Source: Perkinsus olseni
Taxonomy: Eukaryota
Length of the DNA stretch: 64,000 nt
Assembly: GCA_013115125.1 (NCBI GenBank)
Contig: JABANN010000089.1
Coordinates: 1 to 64,000 of the forward strand
Reading direction: 5' to 3'
Below the pieces are notes generated by a model. That model was not told the DNA's origin. It ran no database searches and was given only the letters and a program-made list of their open reading frames with translations. Shown here in pieces: positions 1-10,677 of the stretch; the stretch's first letter is position 1; every line of letters begins with the position of its first letter. The translations under genes were made by a program, and so were the position numbers.

Positions 1-16
1 CATTCTGCTGACTTGT

Positions 17-104
17 GCGGAAAAGAAAGCTTCAGGTTGCGTAGAAGAAAACTTCAGGTTGCGGCGAAGAATGCTTCAGGTTGCGGAGAAGAAAACTTCA
101 GGCT
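17..104. repeat. 22-bp tandem repeat, 4 copies (GCGGAGAAGAAAACTTCAGGTT consensus)
   Basis: Units at 17-38, 39-60, 61-82 and 83-104 read directly from the sequence. Confidence 0.9.
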
Positions 105-778
105 GTGAAGGGAGAACAATATTGGTTTTTTGAAAAAACTTTTTTCACGAAAGACTCGGTATTGCGTTCGCAAAGTATGAAGGGAAAACATGAATAAGAA
201 GTAAACCTGTTAACAAGAAGCCGGCGAAACAATTGTGCTCAGTTCTATCGAGATTGACTCGAAAAAAGAGAACAGCTGGTCTATCCAGCAGTTGTCGGAA
301 GTTCCGCCTCGGAACCTGCAATCCTGTGGACGCAAAAACAGTTCTATACGGGAACAAATCTTGTTTAAGAGTATATAAGATCGGCCGATCGGACAGTGTC
401 CAAAATTTGGTCAATGTTGTCAAAAGTGTCGGCTCCAAGTAGTTGTCGACAATGTTGACTCAACATCCTTGTGTCGAAAAAATGTAGGCTCTCGAACGGA
501 CAGTAAAGTGTCGAAAGAGCAAAAGCGGCAACCGGATATCAGCTTGATGGCGAAAATCGGGTAGGACTTACTGTGGACAACTCGACATGCGAAAGATGCT
601 AAAAAAACCTGCCCTAAAAGCACGCATGGTTGTTTTTTCGACACGAGATGTCGAGCGGAAAACCGCACTTGCGTGCGCTTTTCACGAATTTCGTGACCAA
701 AAGCATACCTTACGGGGTTTTATGGTCACATGTCGCGAAAAATGGTTTGGGCAGGAAAGAGCTGTTGTCCAAAGGAGC

Positions 779-850
779 GCTGACGCAAATGAAACAGCGT
801 ACTTCTCGACTTCTATGCGGGAGGTCCCGGGTTCTATCCCAGCGTCAGTC
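779..850 (+). pseudogene. Degenerate tRNA-Arg(TCT)-like sequence (tRNA pseudogene or SINE head)
   Basis: Acceptor-like stem GCTGACG/CGTCAGT about 71 nt apart, anticodon-like loop CTTCTAT and T-arm-like CCGGGTTCTATCCCAG. The D-arm/A-box is degenerate. Confidence 0.55.
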
Positions 851-2868
851 GGTTTTTTATGTAGGTTGGTCGCGCGTCACTTACTGGCGTATTAGGTGAT
901 TTGTAAAGAACTACTTTCAGTTAAATTTTTACTGACTATTCAATTGCTCCATGAGAAGATCAAGATTAACGGAAACCATACCGGACTCGCTCGGTTTCCA
1001 CCCGACCTACTTCCACCTACCCTTTAGCGGAAAGAAGCCCACCCGTGTAGCGGGCGTTGCTGAGTACTACTATTGATACCCAATTTTCACGCGATGAATT
1101 TTCCTTTCTTTAGTCGGCCACGAAGTGGCTCTGACGTTTCTTTGAGGTGGATGTCTGCATGTAATGACGCTGCTCAGTGTAACGAGGGCAAAATCGTCGC
1201 TCAGGCCACCCGTGTCGGTTAGACGAAACCGACGACCTAGAAAAGATAGACTCTGATGCAGCCGTCTCGTAAGAGCCCCTGCCTGTGGTATGCCGCCCTC
1301 ATCTCTCTTTCGCAGGCCGTCAACGGTCGCCTCGGTGACAGTATCGCCTCCGCCATTCTATCGGGCTAGTGGCAAGACTGTCACTTTTGGTGACCAAGTT
1401 TTGGTACGCTTCTACGAGTGCCATGGGTTGGACAGACAGACACTGGGGGGAGAAGAGAAGAAACCCTCCCCCCGTCTCGATGAGACTGCTCATAGCGGGT
1501 CTCACCCTGCAGGAGTGGTACTGGATACTGGTAGTACTGGGCCTATTAACTCACGGCGTGAAGGACGAGCCCGAGCGAGCTAATCGTGAGTCTCACGCTT
1601 AGCTTGCTCGGGCGCGTGGTGAACCACTGCCAGTGACGGTTTTCGTGACGTACCATAGAAACCGATCGTCCTTCTTATCGACCTCGTCGGGTTGTTCAGT
1701 GAACCGATCTTAAAGCTCTAGATCTGTTTTTAAGCTTGGAGTGGTCAGGGGGCCACTCCTGAGCCTCAGGGTGGGTGTGCTGAATATCAACGCCGTATCC
1801 GAGTATTTTTATGACGCGCGATTCCACCTCATTTTACTCGCGTAACTGGGAAGTTTACTCTCCCACTGACATCGATTTATCCACGCTGGTCTCGGAATGC
1901 TTACCCCGAGTTCGCCGTTCTATGGTACGATACCGAAATTTTCCCTTTTTGATTCTGAATATAGCAGAAAGATGAGTAGGAGGTTTCCTCACTCAACTGC
2001 ATTTGTCAGACACAGTGGTGAAGTCCTTTGATGGTCACTCGTCTAGAGTGGTCCAAGCGGGAGGAGCAGCCAGCCAGTTCACTGACCTTGGTGAATTGAG
2101 GCAACTGGCGATTAGTATGGGGGAACGGCCACGCCCGAGTGTTAGGAACAGATCGAGGTAGTCTGGGTTGTTTCAAGCTTGTTGAAGTATTCCGCAATTC
2201 GAGTGGGTGCGTGTGATTTTTAAATCCAACGCCGAGAACTAGGCTTAGCCGGACTGAAACAGCTTTATTGTATTCTAATTTTACCGATGTATTTTGGTTC
2301 AAGAGGGATTGGCTGAGGCAAGTTTATCGAAATAGGAGTGTAGCGCTCAGACATGAGACTAGGATGAACCTTTCTTTTGCACCGACAGAATCTGCTCCCA
2401 CGGCCGCGACTGAGTGTGTAAAGTAAGGCGTGTGAAATTGCGGTTGCCTCCCGGGGAAGCTCGCGGCGGTCTGCATCGCCGGTTTATTCAGTATGATCGA
2501 TCTCCCTAGGTTGTTCTTGCGAATTCGTATAGCTGTTCTATGGGTTGTTCCAACATTGACTGTCAATCCTCGGACTCTGGTCCAGTCGTTGCCTTCGCCC
2601 TTGCCAGGACGTGCGCTACCGACTTGATCTCCTTCATGCTGGAACAGGACTCGCGGCCGAGGTATCGCAGGGGAGGCGGGCGAAGAAGGTGAGTATCACG
2701 TGTTTTAGTGTTCTTCGCGGATATCTCTTATACACCGTAGAAGCAGCGATCGACATAATAGAACATTGACGTATTTCTATCAGCTCTAGGACAGTAATCT
2801 GACCAGCTAATCCATTGTTGTTGTATTTGTCGAACAATGCATATTTTTCAGCGAAGACAGTCTAGATA

Positions 2869-3256
2869 TATCAGGATCAATGTAAAGTCTAACAGACTCA
2901 TGCTACAGTATGAATGTATCAGCATCAATGTAAAGTCTGATNNNNNNNNNNNNNNNNNNNNNNNNNNNNNNNNNNNNNNNNNNNNNNNNNNNNNNNNNNN
3001 NNNNNNNNNNNNNNNNNNNNNNNNNNNNNNNNNNNNNNTATAGACTCATGCTACAGTATGAATGTATCAGCATCAATGTAAAGTCTGATAGACTCATGCT
3101 ACAGTATGAATGTATCAGCATCAATGTAAAGTCTGATAGACTCATGCTACAGTATGAATGTATCAGCATCAATGTAAAGTCTAACAGACTCATGTTACAG
3201 TATGAATGTGTCAGGATCAATGTAAAGTCTAACAGACTCATGCTACAGTATGAATG
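2869..3256. repeat. 48-bp minisatellite spanning an assembly gap
   Basis: Unit TAGACTCATGCTACAGTATGAATGTATCAGCATCAATGTAAAGTCTGA repeats on both sides of the N run and gives 16-aa periodic spurious ORFs. Confidence 0.95.
2942..3038. other. Assembly gap (N run)
   Basis: Run of N. Confidence 1.
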
Positions 3257-3839
3257 GATCGTTGTAGGTGAACAACATTGTTGCTAGCGTATTGTAGGTA
3301 GTAGGGTAGTATATATGTCTGTGTTAGTTCCAGCATGGGACCAATTGTGTAGCTTGTCGTAGTCACCAATCGAAATTTGTTTTTTCGCTTTTATTAAAAT
3401 CGCGGCTTGCCGAGCATAAGCAGGGTCACCTTTTTTTCTGGTATACAACCATACATCCCCATGTGAGGTGGTGGGTCTTATTCGGTTGACGGTTTAATCC
3501 AACGGGGGGGGGTGGATTGACCGACAAGTCCTTTCGCCGGCAATTTTGAACTTGTTTCGTAAAATAGTGCTGTATCCACGGTACTTTCTTGTGTCCGTGT
3601 CTAGTGTGAGTAGCTTGTGCTGTTTTACAGGTTTTACTCAGAAGGAGAAGGTTGTTACTCTGATGAAGATGATGATAACGAAGAGGCCCTGTTGGCTAGG
3701 ATGGAGGCGATGCCGTGCGACCAGGATTTGCTATAAGCGCTCATTCTTAAGTACTGCGCCGCGCCCCTCTACTGCGTGCGATTTCTATTCGACTGGATGA
3801 GAGGCAGTATAAAATCGATCAGAAGGGCGCGCGCGTGGC

Positions 3840-5301
3840 GCATATCATTATTTACCTATCCTCCCGAAGGTTCCCTCTTTCATGCCTACATTTTATCGCT
3901 ATTGCCGCTGGATCGCTGCCGTTTGGTCATCACCATTTCTACTGTTGGCCTATTGATTATTGTAGGGTGAGTTTTAGTAGAGCTAGGCTCCCTTGTACGC
4001 TCGCCCATTATACCTACTGCTAATACCGCACCATTCCCGTCTTCTCATGAGGAAGAACATTCTGCTGTGACCATTGCTGCTACCGTCGTTGAGGTAAACT
4101 CCCTAAAGGCCGATAAACGGCCTTGAATGCTGATGATGGCCACTCTCATGGTGGTGACACGTATGCCTCTATTGCAGGCCTATTCAGTATTATTATTGTT
4201 CGGATGGCTGCTGTTGCTCTTCCTATTGTGGATGCGCTGTATAAGAGGGTCGTCTGGACCTTCTTGATCCATCAATAGGAGAGAGGTTGCTGCTGCAAGG
4301 TTGGTGAGATTATCATTAACGCCACTCGTTGGCGATATCTGTTGTTGCCGTCGTCTACTCCCCAGCGGTTGCATTTCTGTGCTTATAGTAATTTTATGCG
4401 ATTCTATCAGCGACCGAGTCCATCATAATATACCCCACGATGATATTGGATTCCCTTTTCTGTATTCTCAGAGCAGTAGTATGTGGTGAGCGGCGATGAT
4501 GATGTTGATGGTAAGGTGAATTCGACTCAACTCCTATTTTTGCTACTACCCTGTCAATGGTCGGTGGTGGTACCTTGCTGTACTAGGCAAATATTATTCA
4601 GTGATGCTATTGCCGTTGCATCAACAACTCGGGCTGCGGAAATTCTCATTTCCTCTGCGATTTTTCCGTGCGTCAAGAGGTGGAGACGCATCTTATAACC
4701 TTGAGGATCACCATGACGAGCTGAAGATTCCTTTGGCAACGCACTGCCAGCAGTTCGAGGCGCCGTGAGGGACTCTTTTCCGCTTCGCCTGTCATTGGTG
4801 CGCCTCCTGGGTACCGTTGAAGTGGTAGTTTTCTATTAGAGAATGTAGCATCCTACTAATACTACTGCTCGCCCCTGTTTCCTATTATTATTTATTGCAG
4901 ACTGTAAAATAGATTACGGTCGTTAGTAGTGCTCTCACAGTGTCTGCTGCTGCTGCTGCACTTACAACTTATGATCACGGCAATAGTACTCGAGGCAGTA
5001 GTCGTTCGAGTCATCTGTCGTCGTCTGTGTCCTAGTCCTTTTTCCTCTCGTCGTCGTCTTCGTTATTGTCGCTGTTGTTGTTTTTGTGGAAACGTCGTCG
5101 TAGTCGTCGTTTATAGTACTCACAAGGCGCTAGGCCTGCTGTTGCTGCTACAACCACTACCAATACCACACTCACACTGCTCACACGTCTGAGGGATGTC
5201 TCTTTCCCGTTAACAATACCACACTTCTTCCAATCGGTTGATGATGATTGCGTGGTGGTTGATGCTCGGGGTATCCGACATTCTCTATTATTGGTCATCA
5301 C
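3840..5301 (-). pseudogene. Decayed low-complexity coding-like sequence
   Basis: Short - strand ORFs with poly-N/Q/D/A tracts and a hydrophobic segment (5032-5301, 4180-4374), interrupted by frequent stops. No domain recognised. Confidence 0.3.
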
Positions 5302-5563
5302 CGATTTGCAGTAGCGACACTGCCGTATCGTTTAGACACAGGTCTCTGTCCGTGTGACCGAATCTTGAGTTAACTCAGTTCATCATGGTATGGGACGAGG
5401 TTGGAAGATACCATCTCGCCGCTAGCATTACTCACGATATGAGTTGCGCTAGGTCAACCATTTTGGTTGGGGCGCGGGTGTTTTAGTCGGACCTGGGCTT
5501 CTTTTGGGACAGGGCTGGTCTGTCGGAAGGTATGGCAAATGAAGGGACTGTAGTAGTGCGATA

Positions 5564-8500
5564 ATGTCCCTCTCTTCGCCCTCGACTACCGGTGGCCTGC
5601 TGAGCAATATCTATGCTGGCTCGAGTAGTGATTCGGAGACATCCGATTACACCACTGATGATGAAAGTGAATACACGGATGACGAGGATGATGACGATGA
5701 GGTAGTGTGGTAGGGGACTAGTGCTCGTGATAGTAGAAGTAGTTTGACGGTGCCAGGAGACCTACCTCGCTGTTCGTCGAATTGAGGTTGACCTCGAAAT
5801 TCCTCATAGCATTGGCAAGCCAGAATACACATTCGGGAGCATAGTCAGGAGATTCCACCTCTTGTGTTGATGTTCGACCGTGTAGTCGGACAGTAGACGA
5901 GAGACTCAGTACTACTGCGTCTGTAGTAGCTGACTCTCTCTTTTCGGGGACACTTTGTTGGACTCATCAACGATCGACCTGTGGATACGCGCTCTCACGT
6001 CCAAAGCGTCCTATTTTGCTGTGCAAAGTCCGGATCGTGCATGCTGTTACCTGAGCCTGTACTGTTGTCAGAGCGACATCAGTGAGTTGCCCGAGGACGA
6101 GCCAGCCCCTCCACCACGACCTGTGAAGCCGTCGAATGGCAAGATACGCGTACACTGGGCGAAATCGGATGACGGTAGTACTGGGCGGAGGGGTTCCTGG
6201 TGGTTGTGATACGACTTAGTATTCTCTCTTTGCGCATCTAGGAAGATATCGGAGTTCCCAATATATTGTTCTGGGCTCCCTGGCTTCACCGTCTTAGTGT
6301 ACTATGCCCCTAGGACCGCTACTGGATGCCGCTATCGGTAGGCTGGAGAGCGTAAAACTATACAAGGCCACCACATAGCAATATACTATGATTGATATTT
6401 AGATATCTTCGATCATCGTTTAAGCAAGCGTGAATCTAGGATATTCTATTCTTTCTGTTTACTCTCATACATTTAACAATTCACCTGCGGCAGATACCGA
6501 TGTAACGAACTTCCGCGAAGAGTTGGGCCCCCCCGCTATGGAGTTCCCCTTCGAGCTGGATGACTTCCAGAAGAGGGCTGTGCTGCGAGTCTCGCATGGG
6601 GACAGCGTCTTCGTCGCCGCCCATACCAGCGCAGGCAAGACTGCCGTAGCTGAGTAGGACCTTGGGAAGATACGCTCTGCGCGCACAGCGAAGAAAGTCA
6701 TCGTGATACTGGTGGACTGGGTCGTGAAATGTGTAGTTATTTCTCTAGGTAGATGCGGCGGTAGAGAAATGCCAGCGCGCTGGATTGAACCTGGGTTTTC
6801 TGACAGGACTGCTCCAATCTCAGATATGCGATAGCTAACGCCATCAAGCAGGGTGGCAGGGCGATATACACGTCACCGATCAAGGCCCTGAGCAACCAAA
6901 AATACAGGGAGTTCACGGAGAAGTTCGACTCGGTCGGTGTTATCACCGGTGATGTCTCAATCAACCCGCTGGTAAGAAACTCTCCTCTCGACTGACGAGC
7001 TCCTTTAGAATCAACGCGTAGTTTGTAGAATAGTACCTTGAATGATCTAAAGTAGCTAATTGCTGCAGCAGACCTGTTGGCTCGATGACCGTGCTGAACC
7101 CGTCTACATTGATATCCTTGACACTTGCCGAATCCAGCTGCCTCAAGTTATGCTGTCTTTGTTGTAGGCAAATGTCGTTATCATGACCACTGAGATACTA
7201 CGAACGATGCTGTATAGAAAGGATGAGAGCCTAGCCAATATCAAGACGGTCATATTCGATGAAGTACACTTCGTAAACGACCCTGATCGAGGAGTCGTCT
7301 GGGAGGAGTGCATCATACTCATGCCGCCAGATGTGAGTGGGGTTACGTTTACTGCTCCTCCGGGTACATGGCTGCTGTCGATGCATATAATCGAAAAACG
7401 GCCTGAAAATGCCATCACGAGTTTTGGTTGAACCTCAAAAAACCAAAACTGCTACTGGAGAGTCGACCGATGGGTGTAGTACAGACCTAGTCCCTTGAGT
7501 TAAGGCGCTGGCGAACAGCGAGTGTAGTATCATCAATGTACTTGAGAGGCTATAATATTAGCATCATCCGATCCTCGCTGGAGTATTATTATTTTTCGCC
7601 TTGCTAATCAGTTGTATCCGGTTCAAAGTAACCCGCCGTCGAAACATCAATACTGGGACGATTGGATTCAGAATCCGATCTGTCTTGATGGGCAGGTTCC
7701 AATGGTAATGTTGTCGGCCACAGTACCAAATTATCGCGAATTCGCGGATTGGGTGGGCCGAACGAAGCAGCGTACTGTGTATACTGTGAGTACTGCGTAT
7801 AGGCCAACGCCATTATGTCACTATCTATGGTGGAAGGATAAGCCCTATCTACTCATGGACAACAAGGGAGTCTTTAATACGGCAGCATATAGGAAGATGT
7901 AATGGAGTTGGAGAAGGATCGCCTGCTTACTGTTAGCGGGTATAATATTATCTCTCCACTGAAATGAATCTCTTGTCATTCGCCTGAGAAGAATGCCTGG
8001 GGGGAGTTTTATATGCATAGTAGCGAACAGCGCTGCGAGAAACGCTACCCTATTGGGAGTCAGTCGACTTGACGAAACTCGTATCGAGCATTGTAGGGAA
8101 AAGCACTTTTGTTCATGGACTGGTTAGCATGATCTCGGGAAGCTCATTGCTGCTGACTTGCCTTTTCGGTTCTTCGTTTTTGTAATGTTCGTAATGTTGG
8201 GATCTGTTTTTTACGGTATGGAACTCGGTTGCATCTATTTCTCTTCCCCTAGGATCCCCCCACTCAGTGAATTTCCTCCATTGGTTTCAGATACGATGAG
8301 ATAAGGGCCGCGGAAGCCCCAGCGCCTAATGCTAAGCAGGCGGCTGGAAAAGGCAAGGGTAGAGGGAAGGGCAAGGGGAAGGGAAAAGGGAAGGGAGTGC
8401 ATCGTGGTCCGGCGCCAAAACAACCGTTAACGGGAGAGTCCAAGATCAGACTCGAGACACAGAAGTTGCAAGGAATGATCAAGGCATTGGAAGCCGACGA

Positions 8501-10607
8501 CAAGCTGCCTGCCACGGTCTTCGTGTTCTCCCGAGTGCGCTGTGAAAGATACGCTATGGGGATGCCCCACCTGGACCTGCTCAGTGGCAGCGCTGAACGG
8601 TCTAAAGTACATGTGTTTCTAAAGGAATCTTTTTCGAAGTTGGATGAGACCGATCGGGACCTACCTCAGATTCAGGCTGTGACGGACTTAGCCTTGAGAG
8701 GCATTGGAGTTCATCATGGTGGTTTGCTCCCGATTGTTAAGGAAGCTGTGGAAATTCTATTCTCGCGCGGCCACATCAAGGTCCTTTTTGCTACTGAAAC
8801 CTTCGCTATGGGCGTTAACATGCCTGCGCGATCGGTTATCTTCTCCTCGATACGGAAACATGACGGGTCCAAGTTCCGCTACCTGCTGCCGACCGAGTAC
8901 ACTCAGATGTCTGGTCGAGCGGGGAGGAGAGGCCTCGATAGTGTTGGTAATGTGTATGTTTTGGCCGCTGAGGAGCTGCCTGACCTCAAGGCTTTGACTA
9001 CTACGATGACGAGCAAGCACACCCCGTTGCAGAGTCAGTTCAAACTGACCTTCCAGATGCTACTGCAAATGGCTAAGTTGACTCATTGGAAGGCGGAGGA
9101 CTTGATGAGCCGATCGTATCTGGAGAACGCCCGGGCGATGCAGCTGCCAACGGCGAGGCGAGATTTACAGAGGTTGAAGAAGAGGCAAGGCGACTTGCCG
9201 AAACTGGAGTGTGTGCTGGGCGAGGAGGATATGCACAGATACGCCAAGTTGGAGTTGAAGTCGCGGCATATGGCCAGCGACTTGTACGGCACACTGTTCA
9301 ATACTGATCATAAGAAGGTCTTCTGCCGAGGGCGTCTGGTCATGGTTTGGAGCCTGCCAGACATAAAGGCGTCATCACCAGCGGTGATCTTGGGGTCGAG
9401 CCCACCCTCGATGAGCACTTCGGTGGTCGCTACTGTTGACGTATTAGTAGTGTTGAGGAAACCAGTTCCCGGTAGCAGTCCAGCTGGCGACAGTGGATAC
9501 ACTGTGAGAATCAAGAACCTTCCAGTGAAGTCCGGCTTGCTGTTGGTTACTAATCATGCTCTGCCCAATGGAGTGGACTTTTCGGATGCCTTCGGGTTGG
9601 CAAGAGAAATGCGGCGATGCGAGGACGCGGGGCAGTTCGATGAGCCCTTGGAACTGGGCAAGAATCTGAAGCAGATTCAAACTGAGTACTTTGACACATT
9701 GATAGGCGTTAAGGATCTGACCAAGGCTAAGATGAAGAGCAAATGCCATCGGTGCCATCTACGGCAGGAGCACTTCGATTTAGTTGTCGAGGAGGGGCAG
9801 ATTGAGGATGATATCGAGGACCTTGAGTTCAAGATTGATGACTCGTCCTTGTATCTTGCGCCCGCACGGGAGAGAATGCTCCGAGCTCTGGTGGATTTAG
9901 GCGAACTTGATAAGGATACTATGCAGATAACGCTGAAGGGAAGAGCGGCCAGTGAGCTGGTTTTAGGGGACGAGCTTACCCTTACTGAGTTGCTGTTCCG
10001 CAACGAGTTTGGTGAAGCCGATGTACCGTCTTGTGTGGCGTTGGTGTGTTGCTTCGCCTGTGATTCGGGAGTGTCGCAGATGTCACACGAGGCGGCCGAG
10101 GCACTCCTTCCGCCGGAGACTGTGAAGCTGCTGGAGCAAGCCATGGAGACTCACGGTAAGGTAGCGGAGATCTTGACGAAGGAGAGGGTCGAGACTGACT
10201 GGACGGAGTTCGATAAACAACTGTGTCTGGGTATTGCACCGTTGGCATATGCCTGGGCTAAGGGGGTGCCCTTTGCTGAGTTGATGACGGCGGAACCGAT
10301 CCAGAGCAAGGAGGACGAGGAGGTTTATTATTCTTTGTGGAAGCCTGGAGATAAGCCGCTGCAGGAAGGGGCGGTAGTCAGGAGCATCCAGCGGTGTGAT
10401 GAGCTGTTCAGGCGGCTGGGTAAGGCTGCTGGTGTCATGGGCTCCACTGAGGTGGTGGAGAAGGTGGAGAAGTGCCGGGAGGCTATACGACGGGACATCG
10501 TATTCGCTTTGAGCCTGTACCTCGAGCAGGACGGTCAGCGGCAGGCCAGCAAAGCAGTAGACGAGGCTGGAGAGAAGGAAGGGTGTCCAGTAGAGGAAGT
10601 ATCATAG
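5564..10607 (+). CDS. SKI2: SKI2/SKIV2L-like DExH RNA helicase (multi-exon)
   Basis: Motifs [83 protein letters not shown] and the C-terminal [13 protein letters not shown]. The acidic N-terminal exon from ATG 5564 is inferred. The last exon is about 8291-10607. Confidence 0.92.
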
Positions 10608-10677
10608 CGTGCTTTACAGTATGGCTGTTGTTGTGTTGGCTACAAGTCCTCAATGAAGACGTTTCTAGCTTGCTCTG

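Noticed and set aside
1221-1267. Hammerhead ribozyme (GAAAC ... CTGATG)
   Set aside because: The core reads CTGATGCA rather than CTGANGA, and stems I and III cannot be formed.
2006-2837. Retrotransposon gag/pol remnants
   Set aside because: No zinc knuckle, RT, RNase H or integrase motifs were recognisable.
2869-3256. CRISPR array or repeat protein
   Set aside because: Head-to-tail units with no unique spacers, no cas genes and a eukaryotic context.
7487-7525. tRNA fragment in a SKI2 intron
   Set aside because: Only an A-box-like stretch, with no T-arm or acceptor stem.
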